From Candidatus Bathyarchaeota archaeon (GTDB taxonomy: Archaea; Thermoproteota; Bathyarchaeia; TCS64): a stretch of DNA of 64,000 nucleotides. Every line of letters begins with the position of its first letter. Within the stretch, counting starts at the first letter, position 1. Under the pieces are notes generated by a model. It made no database searches. It worked only from the letters and a program-made list of their open reading frames with translations, and was not told the origin of the DNA. The position numbers and the translations under genes were made by a program. Shown here piece by piece: positions 36,886-47,530 of the stretch. The stretch is from assembly GCA_043826455.1 (NCBI GenBank), contig JBDRQD010000048.1, positions 192,001-256,000 on the forward strand, given 5' to 3'.

Positions 36886-37722
36886 ATGAACGAGTACAAC
36901 GAGTATGGTAAGGTTATCGAGGAGGAGATCAGGCCCAACACGTACCCCATGGCGGTGCGGATGCTCCGGAGCAGGGACGAGGTGCCCCCGGACGCCCTCA
37001 GGCCCCTTGAACGGTTCGGCAAGTGCCTCTCTACCTGCCAGGCCTTCGCCCTGAGCCGGAGGTTCGGGGAGACGGTGGCCCAGCTCTTCGAGGACATGTG
37101 GTGCCCCGAGCCCGTCATAGGGTTCGGCCTAGCGGAGCCCCCCGAGTTCTTCTACGAGGGCAGGACCAGGTACCCCGACGGCGTGAAGTCACTGGAGGCG
37201 GGGGCCAACTGGGCCAGGGAGTTCCCCAGGCTGCCCGTGGGGGAGTACGCGGGGATAGTCTCGGCGCCCCTGACCAAGGCGGGCTTCGAGCCCGACGTGG
37301 CAGTCATCTACTGTGACTCATCCCAGTTGCTCCGGCTCCTGCTGGCAGTGGCCTACGAGGATGGCAGGGACATCATCACGCCTCTGGGAGGCCACAGCGC
37401 CTGCGTCTACGCCGTCGTCCCCTCCATGCTGAGCAACCTGTGCACGGCCTCGGTGCCCTGCAGGGGGGACAGAGGCTACGCCGGGGCTCAGGACTACGAG
37501 ATGATCTTCACCGTCCCCAGGGACAAGATAGGGAGGGTGGCCCAGGGCCTCAAGAAGGGCGGAACCTCCACGGTGCCCACCAGGTTCAGCATGAGCCCCG
37601 AGTACAGGCTCAGCGAGGGCTACGCCGAGATAGCGCGAATGATGGGGCAGAGGGCGGGGGACGGCTCAGAGATAGTGGGGTACGCGGCCAAGGAGAGGCG
37701 GCTGGCCCTCCAGTACCGGTGA
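36886..37722 (+). CDS. DUF169 family protein
   Basis: YPMAVR, TCQA..LSR, MWCP, SAC, PCRGDR. Confidence 0.8.
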   Translation: MNEYNEYGKVIEEEIRPNTYPMAVRMLRSRDEVPPDALRPLERFGKCLSTCQAFALSRRFGETVAQLFEDMWCPEPVIGFGLAEPPEFFYEGRTRYPDGVKSLEAGANWAREFPRLPVGEYAGIVSAPLTKAGFEPDVAVIYCDSSQLLRLLLAVAYEDGRDIITPLGGHSACVYAVVPSMLSNLCTASVPCRGDRGYAGAQDYEMIFTVPRDKIGRVAQGLKKGGTSTVPTRFSMSPEYRLSEGYAEIARMMGQRAGDGSEIVGYAAKERRLALQYR

Positions 37723-37768
37723 CCCCTCACCCACTTTTTATCTCCGTTAGACCTCATCTAGGATTATC

Positions 37769-38515
37769 ATGGATTACTCTGAGCAGGAGACGGAGTTCAC
37801 CAGGCAGGTCAAGGAGAACGCCGTGAGGTACGGCTTCGACCTGGTGGGCGTGGTCTCAGCGGAGGCCCTGGACGCGGTACCCAGCCACTATATAGGCCAC
37901 AGGGACTACAGGACGTGGACTAGGAAGACCACAGACTACATGGATGACGCCAGGAGCCTCATCATCCTGGGCGCCCCTGTCTGGGACAACCTCTTCGACC
38001 TGGTGATAAAGGTGCGGGGCCGCCACGAGTACCCCGACGAGTGGAGGGGACGCCTATACGCCCGGCGCTTGGTACGGTTCCTGGGCCGCCACGGCTACAG
38101 GACGGAGTTGGAGCCGGACTTGCTGTCGAAGAAGAGGATGGCCCAGCTCGCCGGCCTCGGCTGCTTCGGCAAGAACAGCCTCCTGGTGACCCCGGAGTAC
38201 GGGCCCTGGGTGAGGCTGAGGAGCGTCCTCACGGACGCCGCGCTGGTCCCCGACGAGCCCTTCACTAGGGACCTTTGCGGCGACTGCGACAAGTGCGTCA
38301 GGGCGTGCCCCGTGAGCGCCCTCACACCCTACAGGGTGGACCCGGACCGGTGCCTCCTGGGGATGGAGATGGAGAGGAGGCTCTCAGACGAGTACAGGGA
38401 CCTGTACCTGGAGCACAGCCCTCTGGTCACGGAGAACACATGGATCATGTGCCAGACCTGCCAGAGGGCCTGCCCCATCGGTAGGAACAGGAGAAACCAG
38501 TTGTTCGGAAGGTAG
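37769..38515 (+). CDS. Epoxyqueuosine-reductase-like 4Fe-4S protein
   Basis: LAGLGCFGKNSLL..PEYGPWVRL, CGDCDKCVRACP, CQTCQRACP. Confidence 0.75.
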   Translation: MDYSEQETEFTRQVKENAVRYGFDLVGVVSAEALDAVPSHYIGHRDYRTWTRKTTDYMDDARSLIILGAPVWDNLFDLVIKVRGRHEYPDEWRGRLYARRLVRFLGRHGYRTELEPDLLSKKRMAQLAGLGCFGKNSLLVTPEYGPWVRLRSVLTDAALVPDEPFTRDLCGDCDKCVRACPVSALTPYRVDPDRCLLGMEMERRLSDEYRDLYLEHSPLVTENTWIMCQTCQRACPIGRNRRNQLFGR

Positions 38516-38598
38516 CCCGACGCCCGCCTGAGCCCAGCTTTCCGCTGCCTTGAGTCGAGGGTCTATTAAGCCCCGAGCCCAATATTTTGGTGATAACT

Positions 38599-39750
38599 AT
38601 GGATTACGCTGGGAGGCTTGCGAGGGCCAGGGAGGAGATGAAGCGGAGGGGCATCGCCCTCATGTACCTCAGGCGGGGCGCCAACCTCTGGTACCTCACG
38701 GGCATACAGAGGGGCAGCCCCGAGCTCACGGACCACAACACCTACGGGGACTACGTCCAGGGGGCCTACATCGGGGCCGACGGCGGCTTCACCCTGGTGG
38801 CCCCCAGGATGGGCGCAGCCGGCTGGCAGAGGCAGGCCGAGGGCAAGCCCTGGGTTGAGGCTGTTAGGATCGTGGACGAGAGTATGCGGCCCCGAGACGT
38901 CTTGAAGGAGGTGCTGGCCCCCTTCAGGCTCAGAGGTAAGGGCGTCTGCCTGGAGGAGAGGGCTTGGGCCCACACTACCCTCATCTTCAGAGAATTACTG
39001 CCCTACAGCAAGCTGTCCAACGCAGGCGATATCCTGGACCCCATGCGGATGATCAAGGACGAGGACGAGGTGGCCGTCATGAGGAGGGCCGGGGAGGTCA
39101 CCGACAAGGTGTACGGGGAGATGGTGAACACCCTGAAGGTGGGGGCCTCGGAGGTGGACGTGGCCAACGAGGTAGACTACAGGTTCAGGCTCCACGGTGC
39201 GGAGCATAGCAGCTTCTCCACGGGCGTCCGGTTCAGGAGCCCCAAGCACCCTTGGGGGCTGTGGGGCGGCGGCGGCCCCGAGCCCAGGCTGCTGGAGGAG
39301 GGAGACACCATCAGCTTCGACTTCGGCTGCGTCTACAAGGGGTACTGCAGCGACTTCGGCCGTACAGTGTACGTGGGGGAGCCCCCGGAGAAGGTGAGGC
39401 GCATCCACGGCGTGGTGATGGAAGCCCAGGCACTCGCCATCGAGAAGATGGTGGACGGCGAGATCACGGCCCAGCAGCTGGACAGCGTAGCCCGGGGCGT
39501 AATCGAGCGTGCCGGGTATGGGCCCAACTTTGTGCACCGGCTGGGCCACGGCATCGGGGTCACCGTCCACGAGCCGCCTTTCCTGTACATCCCTGACGAC
39601 ACGGTGCTTCGGAGTGGCATGACCTTCACCGTGGAGCCCAGTATTCTATTGTTCGGGGAGTGGAGCGCCCGGGTAGAGGATGTGGTGATGGTCACGAAGA
39701 AGGGCGGGGTGCCCTTCAGCAACTACCACAAGGAGCTCACCACCATCTAG
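38599..39750 (+). CDS. M24 Xaa-Pro peptidase family
   Basis: RMIKDEDE, DFG..GYCSD, HRLGHGIG..VHEPP, TVEP, RVED. Confidence 0.9.
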   Translation: MDYAGRLARAREEMKRRGIALMYLRRGANLWYLTGIQRGSPELTDHNTYGDYVQGAYIGADGGFTLVAPRMGAAGWQRQAEGKPWVEAVRIVDESMRPRDVLKEVLAPFRLRGKGVCLEERAWAHTTLIFRELLPYSKLSNAGDILDPMRMIKDEDEVAVMRRAGEVTDKVYGEMVNTLKVGASEVDVANEVDYRFRLHGAEHSSFSTGVRFRSPKHPWGLWGGGGPEPRLLEEGDTISFDFGCVYKGYCSDFGRTVYVGEPPEKVRRIHGVVMEAQALAIEKMVDGEITAQQLDSVARGVIERAGYGPNFVHRLGHGIGVTVHEPPFLYIPDDTVLRSGMTFTVEPSILLFGEWSARVEDVVMVTKKGGVPFSNYHKELTTI

Positions 39751-39799
39751 CCGCATGAACCAAATAAAGTGTTAAAATGGGGGCTATCCCCCGGGGGCT

Positions 39800-41774
39800 C
39801 TACTCCTCGCCCTTCAGGTGCCTGTCGAACCACCTGACAATGTGCTGAAGCCGCTCGACCCTGTGCTTGGGCTTACCTGTGCGGCTCAGACCGTGGGGCT
39901 CGTTGGGGAACCTCACGAACTCTGTGGGCACCCCCAGCACCTTGAGGGCCGTGAACAGCTGCTCGTCCTGCTCCATGGGGCACCTGTAGTCCTCCTCAGA
40001 GTGGATGATGAGGGTCGGCGTCTTGACGTTCCCCATGTAGGTGATGGGGCTCTTAGCCATCACCTCCTCCAGGTTGTCCCAGGGCCGCTTGCCCCAGGTG
40101 ACCTCGTGGCTCCTGTAGCTGATGTCGCTGGTCCCCCACATGCTGTACCAGTTGCTTATGCTACGCATGGTGACGGCCGCCCTGAACCGGTCCGTGTGGC
40201 CTATGATCCAGTTGGTCATGTAGCCGCCGTAGCTGCCCCCGGCGACGCCCAGCCTGGACGCGTCCACGTAGCCGTAGCTGTCCAGCACGTGGTCCATAGC
40301 CTCCATGAGGTCCAGGTAGTCGCGCTCGCCCCAGTGGCCGCTGATGGCTGCGGCGAACTCCTCACCGAAGCCCGTGCTGCCCCGCGGGTTGGTGTAGACG
40401 ACAGCGCAGCCGCTGGCGGCGAGCACCTGGAACTCGTGACTGGCGGCTGTCACCCCGTAACCGTATGCGCCTCTGGGGCCGCCATGGATCTGGAGCACAG
40501 TGGGGTACTTCTCCCCCTCCACGTAGCCGTGGGGTTTCACTATCCAGCCCTGGACCTTTACCCCGTCGCTGGCTGTGAACCAGAACTCCTCGGGCGGGAC
40601 CCACTTGAGCTGCTTCAGGAGCCCCCTGTTCATGTCCGTGACCTTCCTGGCGCTGCCCTCACCCAAAGCGTAGAGCTCGCTGGGCGTCGCGTCATCCGTG
40701 GCCGTGTAGACGACAGTCTCGCCGTCTCCGTCCAGACTGAAGCCGCCCACATTCATCTTGCCCTCGGTGACCCAGGAGACCTCGCAGCCCATGGAGGCGC
40801 GGCACACGTGGGTGCCTCCCCTGTCGGGGGCAGTGAAGTAGAGGTGCTCTCCGTCGGGGCTCCACGTGAGGCCACTGCCCACGGTCCTGTCGAATCCCCC
40901 TGTGAGGCACCTGGGCTCTCCGCCGTCAACACGTAGCACGTAGACCCTGTCGCTCTTATGGAACACAAGGTCGGGGTCGTCTATCACGTGGCCCGTGAAT
41001 GCCAGGTGCTCGCCGTCTGGGCTCCACGCCACCTCGTCTATGGGGCCCAGGCCCCTCCATAGTAGCTTGGGTTCTCCGCCCTTGGCGGGGACCAGGTATA
41101 TGTTCTTGAAGTGGACTAGGTCCGCGTCGGGGTCCATGTTGGCCACGAAGGCCACCTGCTTTGAGTCGGGGCTCCACGCGTAGGCCTCCACGTCGTACTC
41201 GCCGTAAGTGATCTGTTTAGCCTTGCCGCCCCCGCTGGGCACCGTGAAGAGGTGCATCCACTTGCCCTCGAAGTATCCCTGGCCGTCGAACCTGTACTTG
41301 ATGCGGCGGATGATCTTCACGTCGCTCTCCTCTGTGGCCTTCTCGCCCTTGAAGACCCTCGCAGAGAACAGGATGGATCTGCCGTCGGGGCTCCACTCGG
41401 GCTTGGCCACGGCCTCCTCCATGTAGGTGAGCTTCACTGCCTCGCCTCCGTCCGCCTTCAGGCATCACGAACAGCTGGGGCTTGGGCTTGGCGTCAGGCT
41501 TGTCCCGCTCCCCCAGCCTGTTGCTGAGGAAGAGCACCCTGTCTCCCTTGGGGCTCCACCGGGGGTAAGACTCGTTGCTCTTTCCGTGGGTGAACTGGCG
41601 GGGCTTCCCCCGTTTGAGGTCTGTGATCCACAGGTGGGCATCATACTTGTTCTCGTCCATGTTCACATCGCTGTACACGAACAGGGCCTCCGCGCCGTCC
41701 GGGGAGACCTGTGCGTCCGAGACGGGCGCCGAGGGGAAGATGGGCATGAACTTGTAGTCTTCTAGCTTCTTCAT
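39800..41774 (-). pseudogene. S9 prolyl-oligopeptidase/acylaminoacyl peptidase with a frameshift near 41457
   Basis: WSPD propeller repeats in both frames; GGSYGG, EEDYRC, EPHG triad intact; frame break after VMP. Confidence 0.8.
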
Positions 41775-41902
41775 GCTGAATCATTGAAAGTGATGCAGGG
41801 ATGCATAACTCTTATGATGCCTACTCGCCACACGCATTGGCCTGTCGCAGCCTAATCTATAAACCGCGGGAAAATTTGGAGCAGGTTGCACCTGTCACAC
41901 TT

Positions 41903-42652
41903 TTAGCTGGATTTAATGTACTCGACAATGGCTGCTGCGAGGTCCTCCACGTATCTCTTACCGTGGTTGGCGCTGGCGCCCCGGGCGTCCCCCAGCACAC
42001 CGATGGGTGAGAGGGCGCCGATCCCATGCTCGAAGATGCGCCGGGTAACCTCCTCGTCGAACTTACCCATGTAGCCCCTAGACTCCGGGATCATGCTCTC
42101 CTTAACTAGGCTTCCCTTTACGTGCAGCATCATGGAGACCTCTGACTCTCCGGCGTGGGCTCCCGCCGCCTCGGGGCTCACCCCCAGCTTGGCGCTGGTC
42201 TTCATCAGAGTTGCCACGAAGGCCTGGAGGTCGTGGTAGACGAGAACCTCGACGCCCGGGTGAGCGGCCTCGAGCTCGTCAGCGATCTCCCCTAGGGGCC
42301 CGAAGTTGCCGCCGTGGCTGGGCAGAACAACGATCCTCTTGAACCCGTGCTGGGCTAGGCTGCTCACGTAGTCGCTGATCACGTTCTGCAGGGTCTCCTT
42401 GCGGAGGGTGATGGTCCCCGGGAACCTCATGTGGTGCTCCGAGCAGCCCACGTTAACAGTGGGCGCCTTCAACGCCTTACCAAGTTTACTCGCAACGGCT
42501 TTTGCCAGTGCGTCGCCCAGCACCGTGTCCGTGGAGACTGGTAGGCAGGGGCCGTGCTGCTCGTTGCTTCCCACCGCGAAGACAACGGTGTCGAAACCCT
42601 TCTTTATCGATACCCCGATGTCGGGGGAGGTCATCTGAGCCAGATCAATCAT
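41903..42652 (-). CDS. Creatininase family protein
   Basis: GSNEQHGP.LP..TD, HH..FPGT, SHGGN, HAGESE. Confidence 0.88.
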   Translation of the reverse strand: MIDLAQMTSPDIGVSIKKGFDTVVFAVGSNEQHGPCLPVSTDTVLGDALAKAVASKLGKALKAPTVNVGCSEHHMRFPGTITLRKETLQNVISDYVSSLAQHGFKRIVVLPSHGGNFGPLGEIADELEAAHPGVEVLVYHDLQAFVATLMKTSAKLGVSPEAAGAHAGESEVSMMLHVKGSLVKESMIPESRGYMGKFDEEVTRRIFEHGIGALSPIGVLGDARGASANHGKRYVEDLAAAIVEYIKSS

Positions 42653-42732
42653 GGGTGAATCTGGTGCCGCGGCCGGGATAAAGACTTGGCTCGCCGGATC
42701 CACCATAAGCATTTCAATCTTGAAGCCGATAA

Positions 42733-43641
42733 ATGGGCATGGAGCCTAGAGGTAGGGTCTGCGTCGTGGGGGCGGGTTTCCTGGGGACGCAGATAGGGGT
42801 CGTCAGCGCCAGGCACGGGTACCACGTGAGTATGTGCGACATATCCGGCGACGCGCTGGCCTCATCGAGGAAAGCAGTGAAAGGTTACCTTGGGCAGTGG
42901 GCCGCGGAGGGTCAGGTTTCCGGCGATGAGAGCCGCGAGATCATGGGGCGGGTGTCCTTCACGGGCGACATGGCTGAGGCGACCGAAGGCGCTGACGTGG
43001 TCATAGAGGCCGTCGTCGAGCGCCTGGACGTGAAGCGCGACGTGTTTGGGAGGCTGGACGAGCTGTGCCCTCCCGGGACGCTGATAGCCACCAACAGCAG
43101 CTCGATACGCGTATCCAAGATCGAGGACGCCACCAGCCACCCGGAGCGGGTGCTCAACATGCACTTCTACTCGAACCCGTGGCGCAGCAGGGTCCTAGAG
43201 ATCATGCGTGGGACCCGCACCTCGGATGAGGCCGTGGAGAGGGCGGCGGCCTTCAGCAGGAGCATAGGCGTAACGCCGCTCATCGTGCAGAGGGAGAGCA
43301 CAGGGTTCATCTTCAACAGGGTATGGCGCGCCGTGAAGCGTGAGTGCCTCAGGGTGGTGGACGAGGGGGTGGCCAGCTTCGAGGACGTGGACAGGGCCTG
43401 GATGAGCCTCTACGGGACATCCGCGGGCCCCTTCGGGCTCATGGACAGGGTCGGCCTGGACGTGGTCCGCGACATAGAGATGGTCTACTACGGTGAGTCG
43501 GGGGACCCGCGGGACGCGCCGCCCAGGGTCCTGCTGGAGAAGATCGAGAGGGGCGAGCTGGGGGTTAAATCCGGTAGGGGCTTCTACACGTACCCGAACC
43601 CCAGCTACATGGAGCCCGGATGGCTCCACGGAGACGCCTGA
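42733..43641 (+). CDS. 3-hydroxyacyl-CoA dehydrogenase family
   Basis: VGAGFLG, IEAVVE, ATNSSS, MHF, GFIFNR, GPFGLMD.VGLD, G.KSGRGFY. Confidence 0.9.
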   Translation: MGMEPRGRVCVVGAGFLGTQIGVVSARHGYHVSMCDISGDALASSRKAVKGYLGQWAAEGQVSGDESREIMGRVSFTGDMAEATEGADVVIEAVVERLDVKRDVFGRLDELCPPGTLIATNSSSIRVSKIEDATSHPERVLNMHFYSNPWRSRVLEIMRGTRTSDEAVERAAAFSRSIGVTPLIVQRESTGFIFNRVWRAVKRECLRVVDEGVASFEDVDRAWMSLYGTSAGPFGLMDRVGLDVVRDIEMVYYGESGDPRDAPPRVLLEKIERGELGVKSGRGFYTYPNPSYMEPGWLHGDA

Positions 43642-43829
43642 ACCCACGAGCCGGAGACCTGGCGAGACACCGTTACTTTGGGTCGGCTCAAATGGATGTC
43701 CGGGTCGAGCAGGGGTACGAGATGGGCCGTCCCTCTCTTCTCTACCTCCAGTCGGAGGACAAAGGAGATCCCGTTGAGGTGAGCGTCGGCGGTAAGTGCG
43801 TGATGATAGCAAAGGGAGAACTAGTTTAA
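43642..43829 (+). pseudogene. C-terminal remnant of a PhzF-family protein
   Basis: RVEQGYEMGRPSLL..VSVGG matches the PhzF C-terminus; no N-terminal part. Confidence 0.65.
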
Positions 43830-43862
43830 ACGCGTTACAAATCTGAGCGAATGCATGGGTTG

Positions 43863-43951
43863 GGGGGTATAATTTTTACCATTCACACAACGGCGGGTTG
43901 TTTTGGCTGTCAGGGCATGTGCAGGCTGTCATTGGCAGAGAATTAAATTCA
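43863..43951 (+). repeat. Left 89-bp terminal inverted repeat
   Basis: Exact reverse complement of 45079-45167. Confidence 0.95.
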
Positions 43952-44068
43952 AAGCATGTAACTCTGTTAAGCCTGTTTTCAGGAGAAGATATACTCAGTA
44001 ATTCATTAAGATATATATGGCGCGCGCGTAGGTTTCCCTTTTTTTATTTCCAATTACTTCTTTTTCAA

Positions 44069-45031
44069 TTATACTATCCTTTCCCTTTTCTTCCACGCCA
44101 GCATTGAAAGAAACTCTTGCACGACGCATCCTGCTAGGTAAGCTGTAATTTGAGTTGGATCAAACGCTGGAAGCACTTCAACGACATCAAATCCAACGTA
44201 ATTAAGGTTCAGGGTACTGCGCATAAGCTTAAGCCCCTCATAGCTTGTAAATCCACCAACTTCGATAGTGCCAGTCCCCGGAGCATATGCAGGATCAAAA
44301 AAATCGATATCATAGGTTAAATGAGTTTTTTTGCCTCCAACTGTATCAATAATCTTCTGCGCCGCCCACTCAATACCATGTTCATGCAGATCTTTTGCAG
44401 TAATTACCGTAAATCCAAGTTCTTCTGACTCTCTAACTGTATCCATATTAAAAATGCCTCGAATTCCAACCTGGATAGAGTGCTTTGCATCGATGATACC
44501 TTCTTCAACGGCTCTGCGAAATATAGTGCCATGCGTTAGCTTACTACCATTTTCGCTATCATATGTATCTAAGTGGGCGTCGAATTGCACTAACGAAACA
44601 GGGCCATGTTTATGTGCAATTGAGCGTAAAAACGGAAGTGTAACTGAATGGTCTCCGCCTAGCCCTATTGGGAATACATTTTGGCTAACCACTTCATCGA
44701 ATTTTTTCTCAATCTCATCGTGGCTGTTCTGAAGATTGCATGGATTAATATTGGCATCGCCATACTCGATTCCTGATAAGTATTCGAAAATATCGATATC
44801 CAGATTCGGGTTCCCTGAACGAAGCATAATCGACATTTCACGAATAGCGGCCGGTCCGAATGCAGCACCTGATCGAAACGTTGTTCCTCCATCACATGGC
44901 ATGCCAACGATTGCGAAATCCGCACCTGAAAGATCACCTTTCACATAAGGTAGCTTCATGAATGTGCGGATTCCAGTAAACCGTGTAACTATACTCGGGT
45001 CTTCAGGACGATACTTCATAGACTTTGCCAT
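44069..45031 (-). CDS. speB: Agmatinase / ureohydrolase
   Basis: GGDHSVT, FDAHLD, DIDFFDPAYAPGTG, DVVEV; GAGGAGG RBS; AT-rich. Confidence 0.85.
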   Translation of the reverse strand: MAKSMKYRPEDPSIVTRFTGIRTFMKLPYVKGDLSGADFAIVGMPCDGGTTFRSGAAFGPAAIREMSIMLRSGNPNLDIDIFEYLSGIEYGDANINPCNLQNSHDEIEKKFDEVVSQNVFPIGLGGDHSVTLPFLRSIAHKHGPVSLVQFDAHLDTYDSENGSKLTHGTIFRRAVEEGIIDAKHSIQVGIRGIFNMDTVRESEELGFTVITAKDLHEHGIEWAAQKIIDTVGGKKTHLTYDIDFFDPAYAPGTGTIEVGGFTSYEGLKLMRSTLNLNYVGFDVVEVLPAFDPTQITAYLAGCVVQEFLSMLAWKKRERIV

Positions 45032-45078
45032 GATTATCCTCCTCATGCGGTGTATTTTAATTTGGTTTGCGCACGCGC

Positions 45079-45167
45079 TGAATTTAATTCTCTGCCAATG
45101 ACAGCCTGCACATGCCCTGACAGCCAAAACAACCCGCCGTTGTGTGAATGGTAAAAATTATACCCCC
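45079..45167 (-). repeat. Right 89-bp terminal inverted repeat
   Basis: Exact reverse complement of 43863-43951. Confidence 0.95.
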
Positions 45168-45203
45168 AGCATCCGAACCATTATCTATTCTGAGGCTGAA
45201 GCA

Positions 45204-46919
45204 TTGGCACACACGAGCGTCCCCGAGAGGTACCTGAAGACCATCAAGCAGGAGGTGACGGCGAGCAGAGGCGTAGTCGTGACCAACCACCCGCTGGCCA
45301 GCGCGGCGGGCGTCCAGGTGATGGCCGGGGGCGGCAACGCCTTCGACGCAGCCGTCGCGTCCCTCTTCGCCCTCACCGTGGTCGAGCCCATGATGGTGAG
45401 CATGTTCGGAGCAGGCTTCTTCGTGTACAGGGACGGAGAGACCGGGGAGGTCTCCACCCTCGACGACTACGCGGTGGCCCCCAAGGCCGCCGAGGAGACA
45501 ATGTACAAGCCCGTGGAGGACCGGAGGCCGGACCAGTACATCTTCGAGACAGTAGGCCGCAGGAACATGGTGGGACACCTGAGCGTCGCCACACCAGGCG
45601 CCCTCAAGGGGTGGGAGCATGTGCTCAGAGAACATGGAAGCCTCAGCCTGCGCGAGGTGATGGCGCCGGCCATCCGCCTGGCCCGCGACAGCTACCGGGC
45701 TACACCCTACCTGGCGTACATGGTGGAGTATACCCGCCGGGACCTGGCCCTCTTCGAGGACACGGCCAAGACTTTTCTGCCGGGCGGCAAGCCTATCCGG
45801 GCCGGCGACATGGTGGCGATGCCCGAGTACGCCGAGACGCTGGAAGCGGTGTCCAGGAAGGGATCAGACTACCTCTACCGGGGCGACCTGGGCAGGGCCG
45901 TGGTGGACGACATGGAGGACCACGGCGGCATCCTAGCCATGGAGGACCTGTCAGCGTACAGGCTCCATGAGAGGCCGCCCGTGACGGGCACCTACCGGGG
46001 CAGGTACCGTGTGGCCAGCATGGCCCCGGGCAGCAGCGGCGGCACCCACATAATACAGATGCTCAACATGCTGGAGCGGTTCGACGTGGCCGCCCTGGGG
46101 TTCGGCTCAGCGGACCACATCCACCTCTTCGCCGAGGTCCTCAAGCTGGCCTTCGCCGACAGGCAGAGGTACATGGGTGACCCGTGGAGGGTGCCCGTGC
46201 CCGTGGAGGGCCTGACCAGCAAGGCGTACGCCACGGAGAGGGTGAAACTGATAGGCGACAAGGCCGGTACCTACATGTTCGGTGACCCGTCAACGTACCA
46301 TAAAGAGAGCCAGAACACCACCCACGTCTCAGTCATGGACGACAGGGGCAACATGGTGGCGGCCACCCAGACCCTCTTCGCCGTCTTCGGCTCAGCTGTC
46401 ACCGCCACCGGTACGGGGATGTTCCTCAACAACTGCATGGGGCTCTTCGACCCCCGCCCCGGCAGGGCCAACTCTGTGGCCGGAGGCAAGCGGATGCTCA
46501 GTTCCATGACCCCGACGATAGTGCTGAGGGACGAGGCGCCCTTCCTGTGCCTGGGGTCCCCCGGCGGAACCAGGATATTCCCAGCCATCTGCCAGGCCCT
46601 GGTCAACGTCATCGACTTCGGCATGAGCATCCAGCAGGCTGTCGAGGCGCCCCGGGTGTGGACCATGGGGGTGCCGGGCACTCCAGAGGGGAAGCTCCAC
46701 GTGGAGCCGGAGCTCAGCAAAGAGACCCTGGAGGAGCTGAAGAGGAGGGGCCACGACATCCTCTTGGTGCCCAAAGTGGCGGGCGGCATGAACGGCGTGA
46801 TAGTAGGCGAGGACGGGCTCATGCACGGGGGCGCCTGCTGGAGGGCCGACGGCACCCCCATGGGGGTCTCAGGCGGAGAGGCGGCGGCCAAGGCCCTGAT
46901 GGACCAGTTCTCAGTCTAG
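45204..46919 (+). CDS. ggt: Gamma-glutamyltransferase
   Basis: GGNAFDAAVA, NTTHVSV, LSSMTP, GSPGG; TTG start inferred. Confidence 0.9.
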   Translation: MAHTSVPERYLKTIKQEVTASRGVVVTNHPLASAAGVQVMAGGGNAFDAAVASLFALTVVEPMMVSMFGAGFFVYRDGETGEVSTLDDYAVAPKAAEETMYKPVEDRRPDQYIFETVGRRNMVGHLSVATPGALKGWEHVLREHGSLSLREVMAPAIRLARDSYRATPYLAYMVEYTRRDLALFEDTAKTFLPGGKPIRAGDMVAMPEYAETLEAVSRKGSDYLYRGDLGRAVVDDMEDHGGILAMEDLSAYRLHERPPVTGTYRGRYRVASMAPGSSGGTHIIQMLNMLERFDVAALGFGSADHIHLFAEVLKLAFADRQRYMGDPWRVPVPVEGLTSKAYATERVKLIGDKAGTYMFGDPSTYHKESQNTTHVSVMDDRGNMVAATQTLFAVFGSAVTATGTGMFLNNCMGLFDPRPGRANSVAGGKRMLSSMTPTIVLRDEAPFLCLGSPGGTRIFPAICQALVNVIDFGMSIQQAVEAPRVWTMGVPGTPEGKLHVEPELSKETLEELKRRGHDILLVPKVAGGMNGVIVGEDGLMHGGACWRADGTPMGVSGGEAAAKALMDQFSV

Positions 46920-46999
46920 CCAACGAAGATCCCAAACCCGTGATTACTGGCCGCCTCACCCAAACCCTTTTTCCCGGGCGCGCCCCGCTGATCATTGAG

Positions 47000-47242
47000 A
47001 TGCCGAGAACCGAGTACGTTAGGTGCCCCAACCCAAGGTGCGGGAAACTCAACCCAGTGGATGAGTTGACCCAGGGTAAGGAGTACACCTGCGTGTTCTG
47101 CGGCCACCCGTTCACGTCACCAGCGAAGACGGTTCAGCGGGCCGATGAGGCGTCCTTCAAGAAGAGGAACAAGGGAAAGAAGCCTCTGAGCACATCTGAG
47201 GCTAGGCCCGAGAACAGGAACCTCAGGAAACCCATGATATAG
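47000..47242 (+). CDS. Small Zn-ribbon protein with basic tail
   Basis: CPNPRC..CVFC. Confidence 0.55.
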   Translation: MPRTEYVRCPNPRCGKLNPVDELTQGKEYTCVFCGHPFTSPAKTVQRADEASFKKRNKGKKPLSTSEARPENRNLRKPMI

Positions 47243-47530
47243 GACTGGTAACCGAGAAGCTCTAGGTAGAAAAGAGTAAATTCCCGGTTCATCATTGACT
47301 ATAACAGAGCGATGTTTAGAAAGGGTCGTAGTAAAAAACTGTCAGACATCCTAATTCGACAGAAGCCGTGGCCCATATCCAGCCTCGAATACCAGAGAAG
47401 GCTTAGGGACGAGTGGCGTGAACGCTGCCCCTAGCCAATATAAGCGGCTAGCTAAAAAACAGTTAAAACTTAAAAATTCACGTTATACCAGGCTACTGTC
47501 ATATGGGTCGGTTGGCACAGGTATCCACCG

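Larger units (their letters stand above)
43863..45167. mobile_element. Non-autonomous TIR-bounded cassette carrying agmatinase
   Basis: Perfect 89-bp inverted repeats, AT-rich interior, no transposase. Confidence 0.65.

Noticed and set aside
37769..38515. Reductive dehalogenase
   Set aside because: Short, no TAT signal or RdhB anchor; fits the generic QueG-like family
43840..45190. Target-site duplication around the 89-bp TIR cassette
   Set aside because: Flanks (GCATGGGTTG and AGCATCCGAA) show no convincing direct repeat
45032..45203. N-terminal extensions of agmatinase and GGT in the ORF track
   Set aside because: They run through the inverted repeat; internal starts at 45031 and 45204 fit better
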